Positions 24,681-25,759 of a stretch of 25,759 nucleotides of DNA are shown one piece after another. Origin of the DNA: Promethearchaeota archaeon (GTDB taxonomy: Archaea; Asgardarchaeota; Lokiarchaeia; Sigyniarchaeales; SOKP01); assembly GCA_018238625.1 (NCBI GenBank), contig JABCSY010000056.1, forward strand, positions 1-25,759, given 5' to 3'. How positions within the stretch are numbered: the first letter of the stretch is position 1; each line of letters begins with the position of its first letter. The position numbers and the translations under genes are program-made. Below the pieces are notes generated by a model that saw only the letters and a program-made list of their open reading frames with translations, was not told the origin of the DNA and ran no database searches.

Positions 24681-25759
24681 TTAGAATATATCAAAAGCTT
24701 TTCCCATCCAGTAAATGACTAAATACGAGTTAGGTATCACCTGTGTTAATCCATTTCCACCAGGATTTCCACCTGTCCCAAAAAATTTGCCATGTTCCCA
24801 GAGGAAGTGATGAACGCCCATTTCTGAGATTGTTAATGGGAATAGGTATTGAACTTTATCAACATCAATTAACTCCCCCATCCAAGAAAAGAGAGTGCCA
24901 TACACATTATTTTCAAAGAAATCCAGCCATTTAGCGTTTAAAGGACTAATTTCCATAGCAGCAATATCAGGGTTAAGGCTTGTTGCTCTTGTTGAGTTAG
25001 ACCTCATAGTTAAATTGTAATTCCTTATTCCATTACCCCATCCACTAGTGTTGAATCTCCATAATTGATCTAAAATATCCCACCGAATTATCTCATCGTT
25101 ATAATTCGTATCCTCAAATATAGAAGAATCTTTATTTAAATCTTCTATTAAAGTCATAAAAACAAGATGAATAATATTGAAAAAAGAATTCCGATGGTAT
25201 CTTAAGAAACTATAAAAGCCTTCCTCAAATCTTTTTATGTAATGATATTGTAATAAGGGATTGTCTTCCAACATTATTAAAGCGAATTCTACATCCATAC
25301 TAAAAGCTAAAGCGTAAGTATCCATTGCGGTATTGCTAACTGACCCCATATGTCCGTTATTCATTGACATAATCTTTGCTGCCACATAATGGTAAAGAGA
25401 ATCGTATTTTTCGGGAAATGCTGTAGCACCTATGCGTAGTAAGGTTAATTGCCACATATTTTCCCCTAATATTGGATTTAAGTCTGAACCTACAGGTTCT
25501 CCCTCTCCACCTAATAATAACCAGTTAGTTTTGCGAAAACCTTCGATCATTTGCGCCGCTAATAAGCCAATTCTTTCTACGCACCATCTACTATCATCAT
25601 TCGCTTCAGGCTCAACAAATTTTAAAACGCTGGCAAAGCCAAGATAATATCCTGCTAACTCGTCGCGGGAAGTATGTAATCTAACTCTCCAATTTTTATA
25701 AGGACCCGTTCCATTAAAATGTCGTGGGTGTTCTGCGAATAGCCATTCGTGATATTCTC
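24681..25759 (-). CDS. Large hypothetical protein (5' end outside window), probably helical/toroid-like
   Basis: The frame is open from the window end through the tracked ATG at 25550 (adds ...WRVRLHTSRDELAGYYLG...) to the stop at 24681. Confidence 0.75.
   Translation of the reverse strand, partial: EYHEWLFAEHPRHFNGTGPYKNWRVRLHTSRDELAGYYLGFASVLKFVEPEANDDSRWCVERIGLLAAQMIEGFRKTNWLLLGGEGEPVGSDLNPILGENMWQLTLLRIGATAFPEKYDSLYHYVAAKIMSMNNGHMGSVSNTAMDTYALAFSMDVEFALIMLEDNPLLQYHYIKRFEEGFYSFLRYHRNSFFNIIHLVFMTLIEDLNKDSSIFEDTNYNDEIIRWDILDQLWRFNTSGWGNGIRNYNLTMRSNSTRATSLNPDIAAMEISPLNAKWLDFFENNVYGTLFSWMGELIDVDKVQYLFPLTISEMGVHHFLWEHGKFFGTGGNPGGNGLTQVIPNSYLVIYWMGKAFDIF

Noticed and set aside
3001-24934. Numerous short ORFs in the track that overlap longer genes (e.g. 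3001-3303, 5008-5220, 13110-13364, 16440-17135, 17628-17918, 19143-19931, 20370-20947, 24192-24492)
   Set aside because: They are antisense or alternate-frame shadows of well-supported genes and show no recognisable motifs.
1-25759. CRISPR array, IS element or rRNA
   Set aside because: No regularly spaced repeats, transposase ORF, terminal inverted repeats or rRNA-like sequence were seen by eye.

Overview
A gene-dense, AT-rich archaeal chromosomal segment. Archaeal GluRS, SRP19, S8e, a proteasome beta subunit, a JAMM protease, an HMf-type histone and an intron-containing tRNA-Pro(GGG) establish it as archaeal. Low GC and gene content suggest an Asgard/Lokiarchaeia-like genome (inference). 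The first ~575 bp are compositionally foreign (a GC-rich, frameshifted carbamoyltransferase fragment) and look like a chimeric junction. Most worth follow-up: (1) an unannotated ~210-nt multi-hairpin element between a degenerate GIY-YIG-like mini-gene and the proteasome beta gene; (2) a protein with an apparent adaptin/coatomer ear + platform + zinc-ribbon architecture; (3) a 7-TM protein tightly coupled to a small helical partner; (4) a probable catabolic cluster (Gfo/Idh/MocA, atypical M24 hydrolase, SDR, BKACE); (5) a tRNA with a non-canonical 25/26 intron; (6) an apparent ATT start codon; (7) a broken bPH_2-XRE fusion regulator. No CRISPR array, rRNA or transposase was seen. All family calls come from motif recognition by eye, not from database searches.
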